From contig CBDBDQ010000005.1 in assembly GCA_965203905.1 (NCBI GenBank), positions 5,280,001 through 5,344,000 on the forward strand: a DNA stretch of 64,000 bases, in the 5' to 3' direction. Under the pieces are notes generated by a model. That model saw only the letters and a program-made list of their open reading frames with translations, did not search any database and was not told the origin of the DNA. This stretch comes from Spirochaetia bacterium. GTDB taxonomy: Bacteria > Spirochaetota > Spirochaetia > SZUA-6 > Bin103. Shown in pieces: positions 29,764-38,824 of this stretch (position 1 is the first letter of the stretch; each line of letters opens with the position of its first letter). The position numbers and the translations under genes are program-made.

Positions 29764-30978
29764 GTGCACCAGCCACCCTTCGAGGTGGCCGACGTCATCC
29801 GTACCCTGGCCACTACCGACGGTCGCGTGCCAGGCTTGCGGGTGTCGCAGGCACAACAGCGCGTCATGCGCGACCTCACAGCCTGCCGTACTGCCAAGCT
29901 CGGCGGCCACGTCGATGCTTGCGACGCCTGTGGTGAACTACGCGTATCGTACAACTCCTGCCGCAATCGTCACTGTCCGAAGTGCCAGGCGCAGCAGCGC
30001 GCCAAGTGGCTGGAGAAGCGCTGCCAAGATCTCCTGCCGGTCCCCTATTTCCACGTCGTCTTCACCCTGCCGGCGGAACTGGCGCCGCTGGCGCTGCAGA
30101 ACCAACGCGAAATCTATGGCGCCCTGTTCGCTGCCACCGCCGCTACCCTCAGGACCATCGCCGCCGATCCCAAGCATCTCGGCGCTGACATCGGCTTCAT
30201 CGCCGTGCTGCACACCTGGGGCCAAACGCTGCTGCACCATCCTCATATCCACTGCGTCATCCCCGGCGGTGGGTTGGCACCTGACGCGGCCACCTGGATA
30301 TCCTGCCGCGACGATTTCTTCCTCCCGGTCCGAGTCCTCTCACAGCTGTTTCGCGGCAAGATGCTGGCGGCGCTCAAGCAACGCTTCGCTGCCGACCAAC
30401 TCCAGTTCCACGGTGCCCTTGCCGAGTTGGCTGATCCCGCTCGCTTCCGCGCACTGTGCCAGCAACTGCGCGCCAAGCAGTGGGTGGTGTATGCCAAGCC
30501 TCCCTTCGGCGGCCCCGAGCAGGTGCTGAAGTATCTCGCCCGCTACACCCATCGCGTCGCCATCGCCAACAGCAGAATCACCGCTGCTGACGCGGACTCG
30601 GTGAGCTTCCGCTACCGGGACTATGCCCGTGGCCGCCGGCACCGGATGATGAAACTTGATGCGGTCGAGTTTCTGCGTCGTTTCCTGCTGCACGTCCTGC
30701 CCGATCGCTTCGTCCGCATTCGTCACTACGGCTTTCTTGCCAATCGTGCACGCAAGGAAAAACTGCCGCTGTGCCGCTATCTGATTGCCCAAGCCTCCGG
30801 CCAGGACCTGATCACTGCACCTGATCTCTCAGTTTCTCTCGAACCCCCCGGCGACGATCACCAACGCTGTCCGGTGTGCCATGCAGGAACCATGCGCCGC
30901 ATCCAGGACTTCTGCTCTCAACCCACCTGGGAGTATGAGTACCTGCCTGGTCGCCGCGCTCCCCCTGAGGCCGCATGA
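29764..30978 (+). CDS. IS91-family (Y2/HUH) transposase
   Basis: Zn domain SCRNRHCPKCQ, YFHVVFTLP, HUH HPHIH, Y2 YLARY, RIRHYGFL. Confidence 0.92.
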   Translation: MHQPPFEVADVIRTLATTDGRVPGLRVSQAQQRVMRDLTACRTAKLGGHVDACDACGELRVSYNSCRNRHCPKCQAQQRAKWLEKRCQDLLPVPYFHVVFTLPAELAPLALQNQREIYGALFAATAATLRTIAADPKHLGADIGFIAVLHTWGQTLLHHPHIHCVIPGGGLAPDAATWISCRDDFFLPVRVLSQLFRGKMLAALKQRFAADQLQFHGALAELADPARFRALCQQLRAKQWVVYAKPPFGGPEQVLKYLARYTHRVAIANSRITAADADSVSFRYRDYARGRRHRMMKLDAVEFLRRFLLHVLPDRFVRIRHYGFLANRARKEKLPLCRYLIAQASGQDLITAPDLSVSLEPPGDDHQRCPVCHAGTMRRIQDFCSQPTWEYEYLPGRRAPPEAA

Positions 30979-31238
30979 CTCAATCTCCAGAACACCGTCG
31001 GTTCGATCTCATCACGCATCCCTTCGCGCCGCCGTGCCGTTGCTCCTGCGCACCCCTGCGCGGCGCCGGTCGCGATCTGCCCGTCAACCGCTCGTCGCCG
31101 CCTTGTCATGCGGCGCTGTCACCCAGCTCCCCGTTCTGCTCCGCGAGTTCCCGCCTGCCCGAGCACGCCCAGCACTCCGCCGCCACCGGAATACCGGCGT
31201 TCCAATCTCCATAGGCGCGCGGTTTAGTTCAATCAACC

Positions 31239-31308
31239 CTATCCGAACTGGCCCCGGCCACGGGGCAACGGCCAGCGCGCCAGCCGTTCGCGCGGCCAGC
31301 TCGGATAG
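31239..31308. repeat. 70-bp branched hairpin (copy 2)
   Basis: CTATCCGAACTGGCC / GGCCAGCTCGGATAG (14/15 paired); inner GCCCCG-GCCA-CGGGGC and AACGGC-N10-GCCGTT hairpins. Confidence 0.75.
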
Positions 31309-31318
31309 ACTCCTTCTC

Positions 31319-32886
31319 AAATTGCTGAGCTCTGTCGCCCCGCCGTCCGCCCAATGCACGACGTGATGGGCGTCGCAGTGGCGGGAGTTGCAGCCGGGAA
31401 ACTGACAGCCGTTGCGATCCCGGCCTTCGAGAGCACGGCGCATCGCGGTCGGAACCGTCCGGGTCCGGCGCCCCACGTCGAGTACGCCGCCGTCGGGGGC
31501 GTGGATCAGCACCAACCCCCCGGAGTCGCAGCCGATGCGGCGTGCGGCGTGCTTGCCCAGGTGGATGCCTCCAGCCTGCTCAATTACCGCCTGGCCGGCG
31601 TCAAGGCCGGATCCCGCCGCGGCGTGGTGGTGAGCGTCCGCGGTGTCGACATGCGTCTGGCCCGCAACGGCATCCGCCGGCGCCGCAGGTCCCGAGGCCG
31701 CTTCGCGGGCCGCCTGCGTTTCCGCGGAAGTGGCCGCCGTGGGGGCGTCCACCGCGGGACCTTCACGTCCCGCGGCCGCCGGGCAGGTCGCGGACGTTTC
31801 CGCGGAAGTGTCCACTGTAGCGGCGTTCGCCGCGGGGTGTGCAGGTTCCGGGACCGTCGGGCGGGTCGCGCGCGATGCCGCGAAAAGGTCCGCGATGGCC
31901 GCGTTCGCCGTGGGGGCTGCAGGTTCCGGGGACACTGGGCGGATCGTGTGCGTTTCCGCGGAAGTGTCTGCCGTGGCGTTGATGGGCTCGCTGGAGCGAA
32001 GGGTCTCCGCTTCGACGTGCACGGTTACCTGGAAGCGGTCGCCGGGCCTGCCCGGATCGAGCCCGCCGGCCAGCGCGCTCTCGGCCACCAGCCCCAGCGC
32101 ATCCGCACGCCGCTGCGCGATGCCCGCTTCTTCTCCCTCGGCCCCCGCCGGCACCTGCTCCAGCGCCGCCTCCAGGGCGCGCAGCACTACCGCGCCCACC
32201 TCGGGAGTCAGCCGCGCCCGCAGCACCACCATACCATCCTCGTCCACCCGCGTGCTCAGCGCGCGTCGCGCCAGGCGCGCCTTCTCGGCGTCCGGCAACG
32301 CCTCCCGGTCCGCCTGCCGCCACGCACGCACCAGGCGCTCCACCTGCGCGCCGGTGGCACAGCAGGCAATGGCGACCAGGTGCGCCTCGTTGTCGGGGGT
32401 AGCCACCCGCGTCAGGCCGCGTACCACGGAATAGGACAGCCGGCCGCAGGCCATGGCCGCGGAAAGGTGGTTGAGATCGGCCAGGGCGGCGGCGACGCGC
32501 AGCTTCTCGCGCGCGGCGCCCAGGTCGAGGCCGGTGCGCCAGTTGAGCCAGTGCGCACAGGAGCGGAAGCCCTCCCAGCCGTAATGGCAGTCGAACTCGC
32601 GCAGGTAGCAAAGCAACTCGTAGGTGGCGGCCTGGATGCGCGCGGACAGCTCCGCGATGCAGTTGCCGAGCCGGCCCAGGTCGGGTGGTTGCTGCGGATC
32701 GGACGGCGCCGGGCGCTCGCTGTCGGCGGCGGCGGGCGCGCTCACGGCACCGGCGGGCGGAGTCCCAGTTGTGACTGGCGCTTCCAACGTGGTGGCCGCC
32801 GTGACCGCGGTCGGCTCGGTGGTCGCCGAGTCGGGCGAAGCTGTCGGGATCGGCGGGCAGGCAAGGGTGCTGGTGCGGGGTGTCAT
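31319..32886 (-). pseudogene. DUF222 (13E12-like)/HNH endonuclease, N-terminal part, interrupted
   Basis: SCAHWLNWRTG, QRRADAL, LDVGRRTR, RDRNGCQFPGC...DAHHVVHWADGGATELSN; probable start ATG 32886. Confidence 0.85.
31720..31963. repeat. Four 78-bp (26-aa) tandem units with palindromic TTCCGCGGAA core, inside the DUF222 gene
   Basis: Cores at 31720, 31798, 31876 (degenerate) and 31954, exactly 78 bp apart; encode TSAET. Confidence 0.8.
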
Positions 32887-33299
32887 GCCACCATGGTACA
32901 CCCGGTTTCCGGCGCCCCCGTGCTGGCCAGTGGACGAGCCGATCGTCCAATTTCGGCTTTCCGACCCGATAACGGGCGCGGCGTACCGACAGCGTGCGGT
33001 GAGGGCCGAAAAGAGACCATAGTCTGCAGGGTCGGGAACATGCCGAAGTCGCGCGCTCAGATCCATGTCAACCCCTTCAGCCAAAAAACAGCGACAATTT
33101 CAGCTATTCTCGCACCCTTTGGCGGCATGGTGATCTACGAACCGGACATCGTCAGATCGAATTCGGCTGGCATCGCAGAATCGGTGCGTCTCGGCTCCGC
33201 ACTGAGCTGCATTGTCGCGGCCCATCGGGGCGCGGCATGATCCGGGTGCGAGACAAGTCAAGCTCGACACGCCGATGCAGCATGACAGTCACGACGTCT

Positions 33300-34171
33300 A
33301 TCCGTTTGGAGCGGACGGCGCGCGACGTCGACGTGTGCGCGCTGCTGCCGCACGTCGCGGTGCGGGTGTACGTGATGGGCGCGCATGCCCTGGCGCTGGA
33401 ACGGCCACCGCGGACGACATCGCCCGGATGCGGGAGATCACCGCCGCCGCCGCGCGCGCGGGCGCGTTCGGGGTGTCGACCAGCCGCACCACCAGCCACC
33501 GGAGCCTGAACGGCGAGTTCATACCCACGCTGCGCGCCTACCAGGAGGAGCTCCAGGAGCTGGCGCTGGGGGTACGCGACGGCGGTCGCGGTCTGCTGGA
33601 AGTGGTCACCGAGTGGATCCCGCCGAACCCGGCCGAAGAGTTCGGGATGCTGTGCCGGATCGCCGAGCGCAGCGGCCGGCCGGTGCTCTACTCGCTCACC
33701 CAGTACCACGAACAGCCGGACGACTACCGCGTGATCCTCGGCCTCAACCGGCAGGCGGCGGCGCGCGGGGTGCCGATTCGCCCGGTGGTGGCGCCGCGTG
33801 CGATCGGGGGTGCTGCTCGGCCTGCAGGCCAGCCAGACGCCGTTCTCCGGTTGCCCCACCTTCCGGGCGCTGGCCGGCCTGCCGCTGCCCGCCCGCGTGG
33901 CCAGACTGCGCGACCCCGGGGTGCGCGCCGCCATCCTGGCGGAGGACCCGGTCAGGGACAGCACCTTCCCCCTGCTGCGTTCGAGCCGCCCCGTGTCGAG
34001 CACGACCTGCCGGCCGGCGGTTCCCGCCTGATGCAGGGCGCGCGCGGCTACCGCTGCACGGTGGTGGCAGGCCGGGTGACCTGGCGCGACGGCCAGCCCA
34101 CCGGCGTACTGCCCGGCAAGCTGGTGCGCGGCATGCGCGTGGCGGCCGCGACCGTTGACAAAGGTGGCTAA
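33300..34171 (+). pseudogene. N-acyl-D-amino-acid deacylase (amidohydrolase) remnant
   Basis: LPHVAVRVYVMG, GVSTSRT, HDLPAGGSRLMQGARGY, TGVLPGKLVRG; frameshifts near 33403 and 33806, N-terminus missing, internal deletion near 33980. Confidence 0.75.
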
Positions 34172-34187
34172 CTTAGCTACTTATACC
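34155..34187 (+). promoter_or_regulatory. TA promoter with palindromic operator
   Basis: TTGACA at 34155; near-perfect palindrome GTGGCTAACTTAGCTAC (34164-34180) just upstream of the antitoxin ATG. Confidence 0.6.
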
Positions 34188-34191
34188 GGTT

Positions 34192-34497
34192 ATGAAATCT
34201 GTCGGCATCAAGGTACTCAAGGATAATCTCAGCAAGTATCTGAGGATGGTCCGCGACGGCGAGATCGTTCTGGTGACCGACCGCGACGAGGTGATCGCGG
34301 AGATCCAGAGCCCACAACGACTTGTCTCCGCCTCCGTGACGCGTTGGGACCTGTTTCTCAGACAGGAAGAGCGCCGCGGTAGTGTGCGGCGCGCGAAGGC
34401 CGGGCCGGTCCCCTCGATCGACGATCTCCGTAAGCTGCCACGTCCGGTCGAGAAGGTCGATCTCCAACGGTTGCTCGACCAGATCCGCGCGGATTGA
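34192..34497 (+). CDS. Phd/YefM-family antitoxin
   Basis: MKSVGIKVLKDNLSKYLRMVRDGEIVLVTDRDEVIAEI. Confidence 0.88.
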   Translation: MKSVGIKVLKDNLSKYLRMVRDGEIVLVTDRDEVIAEIQSPQRLVSASVTRWDLFLRQEERRGSVRRAKAGPVPSIDDLRKLPRPVEKVDLQRLLDQIRAD

Positions 34498-34961
34498 TGA
34501 TCTGCTACTTCGATACCAGCTTCATACTCTCTGCCGTGCTGGAGGAGCGCCCGCAGGAAGACCATGCCGCTTGGGACCAGGCCAGCGAGCGGCTGGCGTC
34601 TGACCTGCTGCGCTTCGAGTGTTGGGCGGGTCTGCGACAGGCCGCGCTGCTGGAGCCCAACGCCGGGCGCGACGCATGGACCTCCGCCCGCGGTACTCAG
34701 ATCGACCGGTTCCTGGACAAGATGACATTCAAGTCCATCGACGACGCGATAGAACGGATAGTCCGTGGCGAGAGTGGACTGGCAGGCTGCCGGACCCTGG
34801 ATGCCATCCACGTCGCGACGGCGCTCTACTTTGCGCCTCATCTTGACCAACCGCTGATCATCTGTAGCTTCGATCGGCGGCTGCGCAGTGTAGCTGAGGG
34901 ACTGAAGTTGCAGACTCACCCGAGACTCGGCGACGGCGCCGAGGAGGAGGCCGGAGGATAG
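34494..34961 (+). CDS. vapC: VapC-like PIN toxin
   Basis: YFDTS, RTLDAIHVATA, SFDRRL; overlaps the antitoxin. Confidence 0.85.
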   Translation: MMICYFDTSFILSAVLEERPQEDHAAWDQASERLASDLLRFECWAGLRQAALLEPNAGRDAWTSARGTQIDRFLDKMTFKSIDDAIERIVRGESGLAGCRTLDAIHVATALYFAPHLDQPLIICSFDRRLRSVAEGLKLQTHPRLGDGAEEEAGG

Positions 34962-35037
34962 CTCGTAGAGCGGCGATCGCGAAACCGGACACAGGCACAC
35001 AGCGCTCGACGCGGGCCTGTGGGTATGCTGTGGTGGA

Positions 35038-35874
35038 ATGGAAGTTAGCGAAGGAGCAGTACGAGTGGCGTCACAATGCAGACGATTCGAGGGAAAGTCG
35101 GCCCTGGTGACTGGCGGTGCCAATGGCTTCGGACGCGCGACCGTGCATCGACTGGTCGACGAGGGACTGGATCAGGTCATTATCGTCGACCGTGACGGTG
35201 CGGCGGCCGCCGCCGAGGTCGAGAAGGTCAGAGCGAACGGCGGCCGCGGATTCGCCATCGAGTGCGACGTGTCGGACGTGGGGGCCGTCGAGGAGATGGC
35301 ACGCGAGGTCGCGTCCCGTTGCGAACGGCTGCATGTCCTGGTCAACAGCGCGGGGATCAGCGGAAGCAGTCAGGGGCGGCTCGAAGGCGACTTCCTGCCC
35401 ACGTGGGACGCGGTGATGAACGTCAACCTGCGCGGTACCGTGCTGGTGGCACGGGCGCTGCTCCCGCTGTTGAAGATGGGCGGCGGAGCGATCGTCAATA
35501 TCTCTTCCGACGGCGGCCACTGCGGCCGGCGCGGCGCCCTGGTGTATGACGCAAGCAAGGCCGGTGTGGCTCAGGCCACCAAGTCGATGGCCTGTGAATT
35601 GGTCGACTACGGCATTCGGGTCAACGACGTGGCGCCCGGATATGCCATCACCGAGTTCCACTTCGCGCACGCCCCGGATCCCGCCGCTCGCAAGCGGGAG
35701 CTGGAGGAGATGCAGCCGGATTCCTGTCTCATGCAGCGTCTGGCGCGGCCGCACGAAGTGGCTGCGGGCATCGCGTTCCTGGCCAGCGAGGACGCCTCGT
35801 TCGTCACCGGCACCACGCTCTGCATCGACGGTGGCCGAGTCGGCCTCGACACCCGCAGGCCGGCCCAGACGTAA
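35038..35874 (+). CDS. SDR oxidoreductase
   Basis: TGGANGFG, VNSAG, YDASK, IDGG. Confidence 0.92.
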   Translation: MEVSEGAVRVASQCRRFEGKSALVTGGANGFGRATVHRLVDEGLDQVIIVDRDGAAAAAEVEKVRANGGRGFAIECDVSDVGAVEEMAREVASRCERLHVLVNSAGISGSSQGRLEGDFLPTWDAVMNVNLRGTVLVARALLPLLKMGGGAIVNISSDGGHCGRRGALVYDASKAGVAQATKSMACELVDYGIRVNDVAPGYAITEFHFAHAPDPAARKRELEEMQPDSCLMQRLARPHEVAAGIAFLASEDASFVTGTTLCIDGGRVGLDTRRPAQT

Positions 35875-36026
35875 TCACTCGAAGTCCCGCAGAGCACGAT
35901 CCATCGCGTCGGCCTGCTCACGCGTCCAACTGCCGATGAAGTAATCCAGCGACGATCCGACGGTGCCGCTCGCGCCGTGCTCGGCGGCGAGACCGGCACC
36001 GCGCCGGAGGAGGCCCAGCAGCGCGC
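35875..36026 (-). pseudogene. Antitoxin C-terminal remnant
   Basis: ALLGLLRRGAGL...VGSSLDYFIGSWTREQADAMDRALRDFE resembles small VapC-associated antitoxins; no start codon and no toxin. Confidence 0.5.
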
Positions 36027-36967
36027 TCGTTCTCGGCGACCACCTGGTGCTGGCGGGGGCCATTACCGTCGGCTCGGTGTTCGCAACCGTGCGGCTGTTG
36101 GATCTCATTATGAGGCCGTTGGAGACGATCAATCGGCAGGCGGCGAGCATTGCAAAGGCGCTGGCCAGCACGAGTCGGATCGAGTCCCTCCTGGAGGGCA
36201 GCCGCCCGGCCTCGGCACAGTCGGCGGGCACCCGGATCAGCAGCGCTCCAAGGATCGGGTTGCAGGGCGTGAGTTTCGCATACCCGGACGGAACCACGGC
36301 GCTTTCCGGCATCAGCTTCGAGCTGGCAGCGGGAGGATCGCTGGGGATTGCGGGCGCCACCGGGAGCGGGAAGTCGACCCTGTTGGCGTTGCTGTCCCGA
36401 ATCAATGCGGCGGACGAGGGCTCGGTTACCCTGGATGGGATCGATATCGGCCGCTACGCGGCGGAGGATTTCGGGTGCAGCGTAGTCAGCATCGGTCAGT
36501 CACCGTGGGTATTCCACGGAACGGTTCGCGACAACATCCGCATCTTTGCGGATGTCGAGGCTGCTGGGCTCAAGCGCGTTGTTCAAAGACTCAATTTCGA
36601 GAGTTGGATATCGACACTCTCGCGTGGCCTCGATACGGAGATTTCCCCCGACAGCGTGTCGCGCGGTGAGCAACAGTTGATCGCCGTTGCCAGGGCATTC
36701 GTCAGCGATCCTGCGCTGGTGCTGCTGGACGAACCTACCGGCGCACTGGATGGCGTAACGGCCGCCAGCGTCGCCGAGGCGGCGTTGGCCTTGCGTGGCG
36801 GCCGCACCACCGTGATCGCGTCGCACGACCTTGGGCTGCTCGACCGGATGGACAACATCGTGGTGCTCGCGCGCGGCAGGATCGTCGAGATGGGATCGCC
36901 TCGGGCTCTGAAGGCGCAACCGGGATCCGCCTACTACCGCATGATCAGGACGCGAGTCATCTCTTGA
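36027..36967 (+). pseudogene. 5'-truncated ABC exporter (last TM helix + NBD)
   Basis: AGAITVG...PLE, GATGSGKST, SRGEQQ, LLDEPT; most of the transmembrane domain is missing. Confidence 0.7.
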
Positions 36968-38673
36968 CTGGGCCGCTGTGTGCCACCGTCGCCAGCTTCG
37001 TGCGGCTGCGATTCGGCCTCTATGTTCTGTGCATCGGCATGGCCGGCATCATCTTCTATTTGCTGCCGCTGCTGCCCGGGCCTGTCCTGAAGCTGGCGTT
37101 CGACGGGCTGGCCGCCGGCCAATCACGAGCCGTGACGGCGGCCGCTGCCGCCCTCGTGCTGGTCGAAACGGTGCGCGTCATCTCGCTGTGCCTGTCGAAT
37201 CTGGCCATCACGAGTTTGGGTTACCGCATCACCAACGACGTCCGGCAGACCGTGTTGGGCCGCCTCTACGCCGACCCTGGCGCGGCGGTGTCGGGCGCAC
37301 GCTGGCTGCATCGCCTGTCGACGGATGCGGAGGCGGTCAGCCGCTTCGTGGCGAGCACCTACGGCCCGGTGGGACAGGTGTTCGCAATCGGCGTAGCCGT
37401 CGCCGTCCTCGCGAACGTGGACTACCGCATGAGCGTAGCCGCGATCCTCCCGGTGCTTATCGTCGCCATTGGCGGCCGGGCGCTCGGCAAGTGGGTGCGC
37501 CGCACGCAGGTACGAGAACGGACGGCCAGCGACCGCTTGATCACTTGGCTGGCCGACGTATTTCGCGGTATCGCCGCGGTAAGGCGCGGGATGCCAAGCC
37601 GGATACTGGCGCGCTTGGAACAGCTCTCGGCGGGGCGCGCGCAGGCCGCCCGGACAGCAGCCATCGCACAGTCCATGCTGGAGCATCTCTTTGCAGCAGT
37701 TGCGTATTGGGCCACCGCCGGGATGGCGCTGGTGGCCGCGACGATGCTCTCCGGCACCGGCGAGTCAGCGGGGGAGCTGGCATTGTTCGTGTCGTACGTC
37801 GCATGGATGTGCCGGGTCGCGGCAGAGACGGCCTCGTTCCTGTCGCAGGCGGCCGCGACCGAAGTGGCGCTCGGTCGGCTGGGCCTTGGACCCGGTAGCG
37901 TTGCACGTCCAGGCGGCGAGGTGCCGGCGCCCGGCGGTGACTGGCGGCCGGGCGACGAGCTGCGCGCGATCGAGCTCGATGGGATATACGTGTCGCCGGA
38001 GGGAGAAGAGCAACTCAGAGATGTCTCGTTCGCCGTGGAACGCGGCTCACTGGTCGTGGTCACCGGCCGGGTAGGGGCCGGCAAGTCGACGTTGATCGGC
38101 TGCCTCGCAGGGTTCGAGGACGTTACGGCGGGCGAAGTACGCTGGAACGGACGCCCGATCGTGATTGGCGGTCACGCCTCCCGCCCTCCGTGCATGGCGT
38201 TCCTGCTGCCGCGGCCGTTCATCTTCGCTGGATCGGTCGGTGACAACATCCTGCTGGGACGCGGGGAGTCGGAGGACGCGCGGGAAGCGCTGCGACAAGC
38301 GCAGTTCGACCTGGCGGCGGAGGGAATGGTACGCGGCCTCGCAACCAGAGTCGGCGCGAACGGATCGAAGCTTTCGGGCGGCCAGAGTCGCCGGCTGGCG
38401 TTGGCGCGGGCCCTGTCCAAGCGAGCCCAGATGTACGTCCTCGACGAACCGACTACCGGGCTGGACGTCGAAACCGAGCGCCGGCTCATGACGGGACTTC
38501 GAGCCAGCAATACGACGGCTATCATCGCTTCGTCGAGCCCTGGGGTGCTCCGGTTTGCCGATCAGGTCGTGCTGCTGTCCGGCGGCACCGTCCGAGCGGT
38601 CGGTTCGGTGGCGGAGCTGCGCGCGAGCTCGGAGGAGTTCCGACGCCTGCTACTGGGCGCGGGTCAGAAATGA
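36964..38673 (+). CDS. ABC exporter, fused permease/ATPase
   Basis: N-terminal TM helices; GRVGAGKST, LSGGQ, VLDEPT. Confidence 0.85.
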   Translation: MTGPLCATVASFVRLRFGLYVLCIGMAGIIFYLLPLLPGPVLKLAFDGLAAGQSRAVTAAAAALVLVETVRVISLCLSNLAITSLGYRITNDVRQTVLGRLYADPGAAVSGARWLHRLSTDAEAVSRFVASTYGPVGQVFAIGVAVAVLANVDYRMSVAAILPVLIVAIGGRALGKWVRRTQVRERTASDRLITWLADVFRGIAAVRRGMPSRILARLEQLSAGRAQAARTAAIAQSMLEHLFAAVAYWATAGMALVAATMLSGTGESAGELALFVSYVAWMCRVAAETASFLSQAAATEVALGRLGLGPGSVARPGGEVPAPGGDWRPGDELRAIELDGIYVSPEGEEQLRDVSFAVERGSLVVVTGRVGAGKSTLIGCLAGFEDVTAGEVRWNGRPIVIGGHASRPPCMAFLLPRPFIFAGSVGDNILLGRGESEDAREALRQAQFDLAAEGMVRGLATRVGANGSKLSGGQSRRLALARALSKRAQMYVLDEPTTGLDVETERRLMTGLRASNTTAIIASSSPGVLRFADQVVLLSGGTVRAVGSVAELRASSEEFRRLLLGAGQK

Positions 38674-38732
38674 CTGGCCGCTGGTCAAGCCGGTCGCGGC
38701 AGGGCAGGTCCGCTGGCGCGCGCGTGGAGATT

Positions 38733-38762
38733 TTGACAGCGGCGCAGCCCGGCTACTATGCT
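38733..38762 (+). promoter_or_regulatory. Sigma70-like promoter of the GH4-cupin operon
   Basis: TTGACA, 18 bp, TATGCT. Confidence 0.5.
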
Positions 38763-38824
38763 ATCCGACCCGTGGGCGTCTGTTGGCGCATGACCGGCGT
38801 TGACCTCGCCCGAAGGAGGCCAGC

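Larger units (their letters stand above)
18978..31318. mobile_element. Composite nested element: inverted Int/Y2-transposase copies flanking a RIT element
   Basis: Removing 18978-31318 and one copy of the flanking AA dinucleotide restores the in-frame HNH motif SNLRLVCRFHH. Confidence 0.8.
28734..31318 (+). mobile_element. IS91-like (Y2 transposase + tyrosine integrase) element, copy 2, intact
   Basis: Integrase plus Y2 transposase; 14-bp IR TTGAACTAAACCGC (28732-28745) / GCGGTTTAGTTCAA (31219-31232); hairpin tail shared with copy 1. Confidence 0.9.

Noticed and set aside
28914-31308. Integron (intI + attC)
   Set aside because: The integrase lacks the IntI-specific insertion before HTLRH, the hairpin has no GTTRRRY core, and there is no cassette array.
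18996-31318. Fold-back sequencing artefact as the cause of the inverted copies
   Set aside because: Only one copy has the 3.8-kb insertion with its TSD, the inner junction spacers differ, and the outer flanks rejoin into one gene. Read support is still needed to exclude misassembly fully.
31720-31963. Regularly spaced palindromes as a CRISPR array
   Set aside because: The conserved core is only about 14 bp, the intervening sequences are related to each other and in frame within a CDS, and no cas genes are present.
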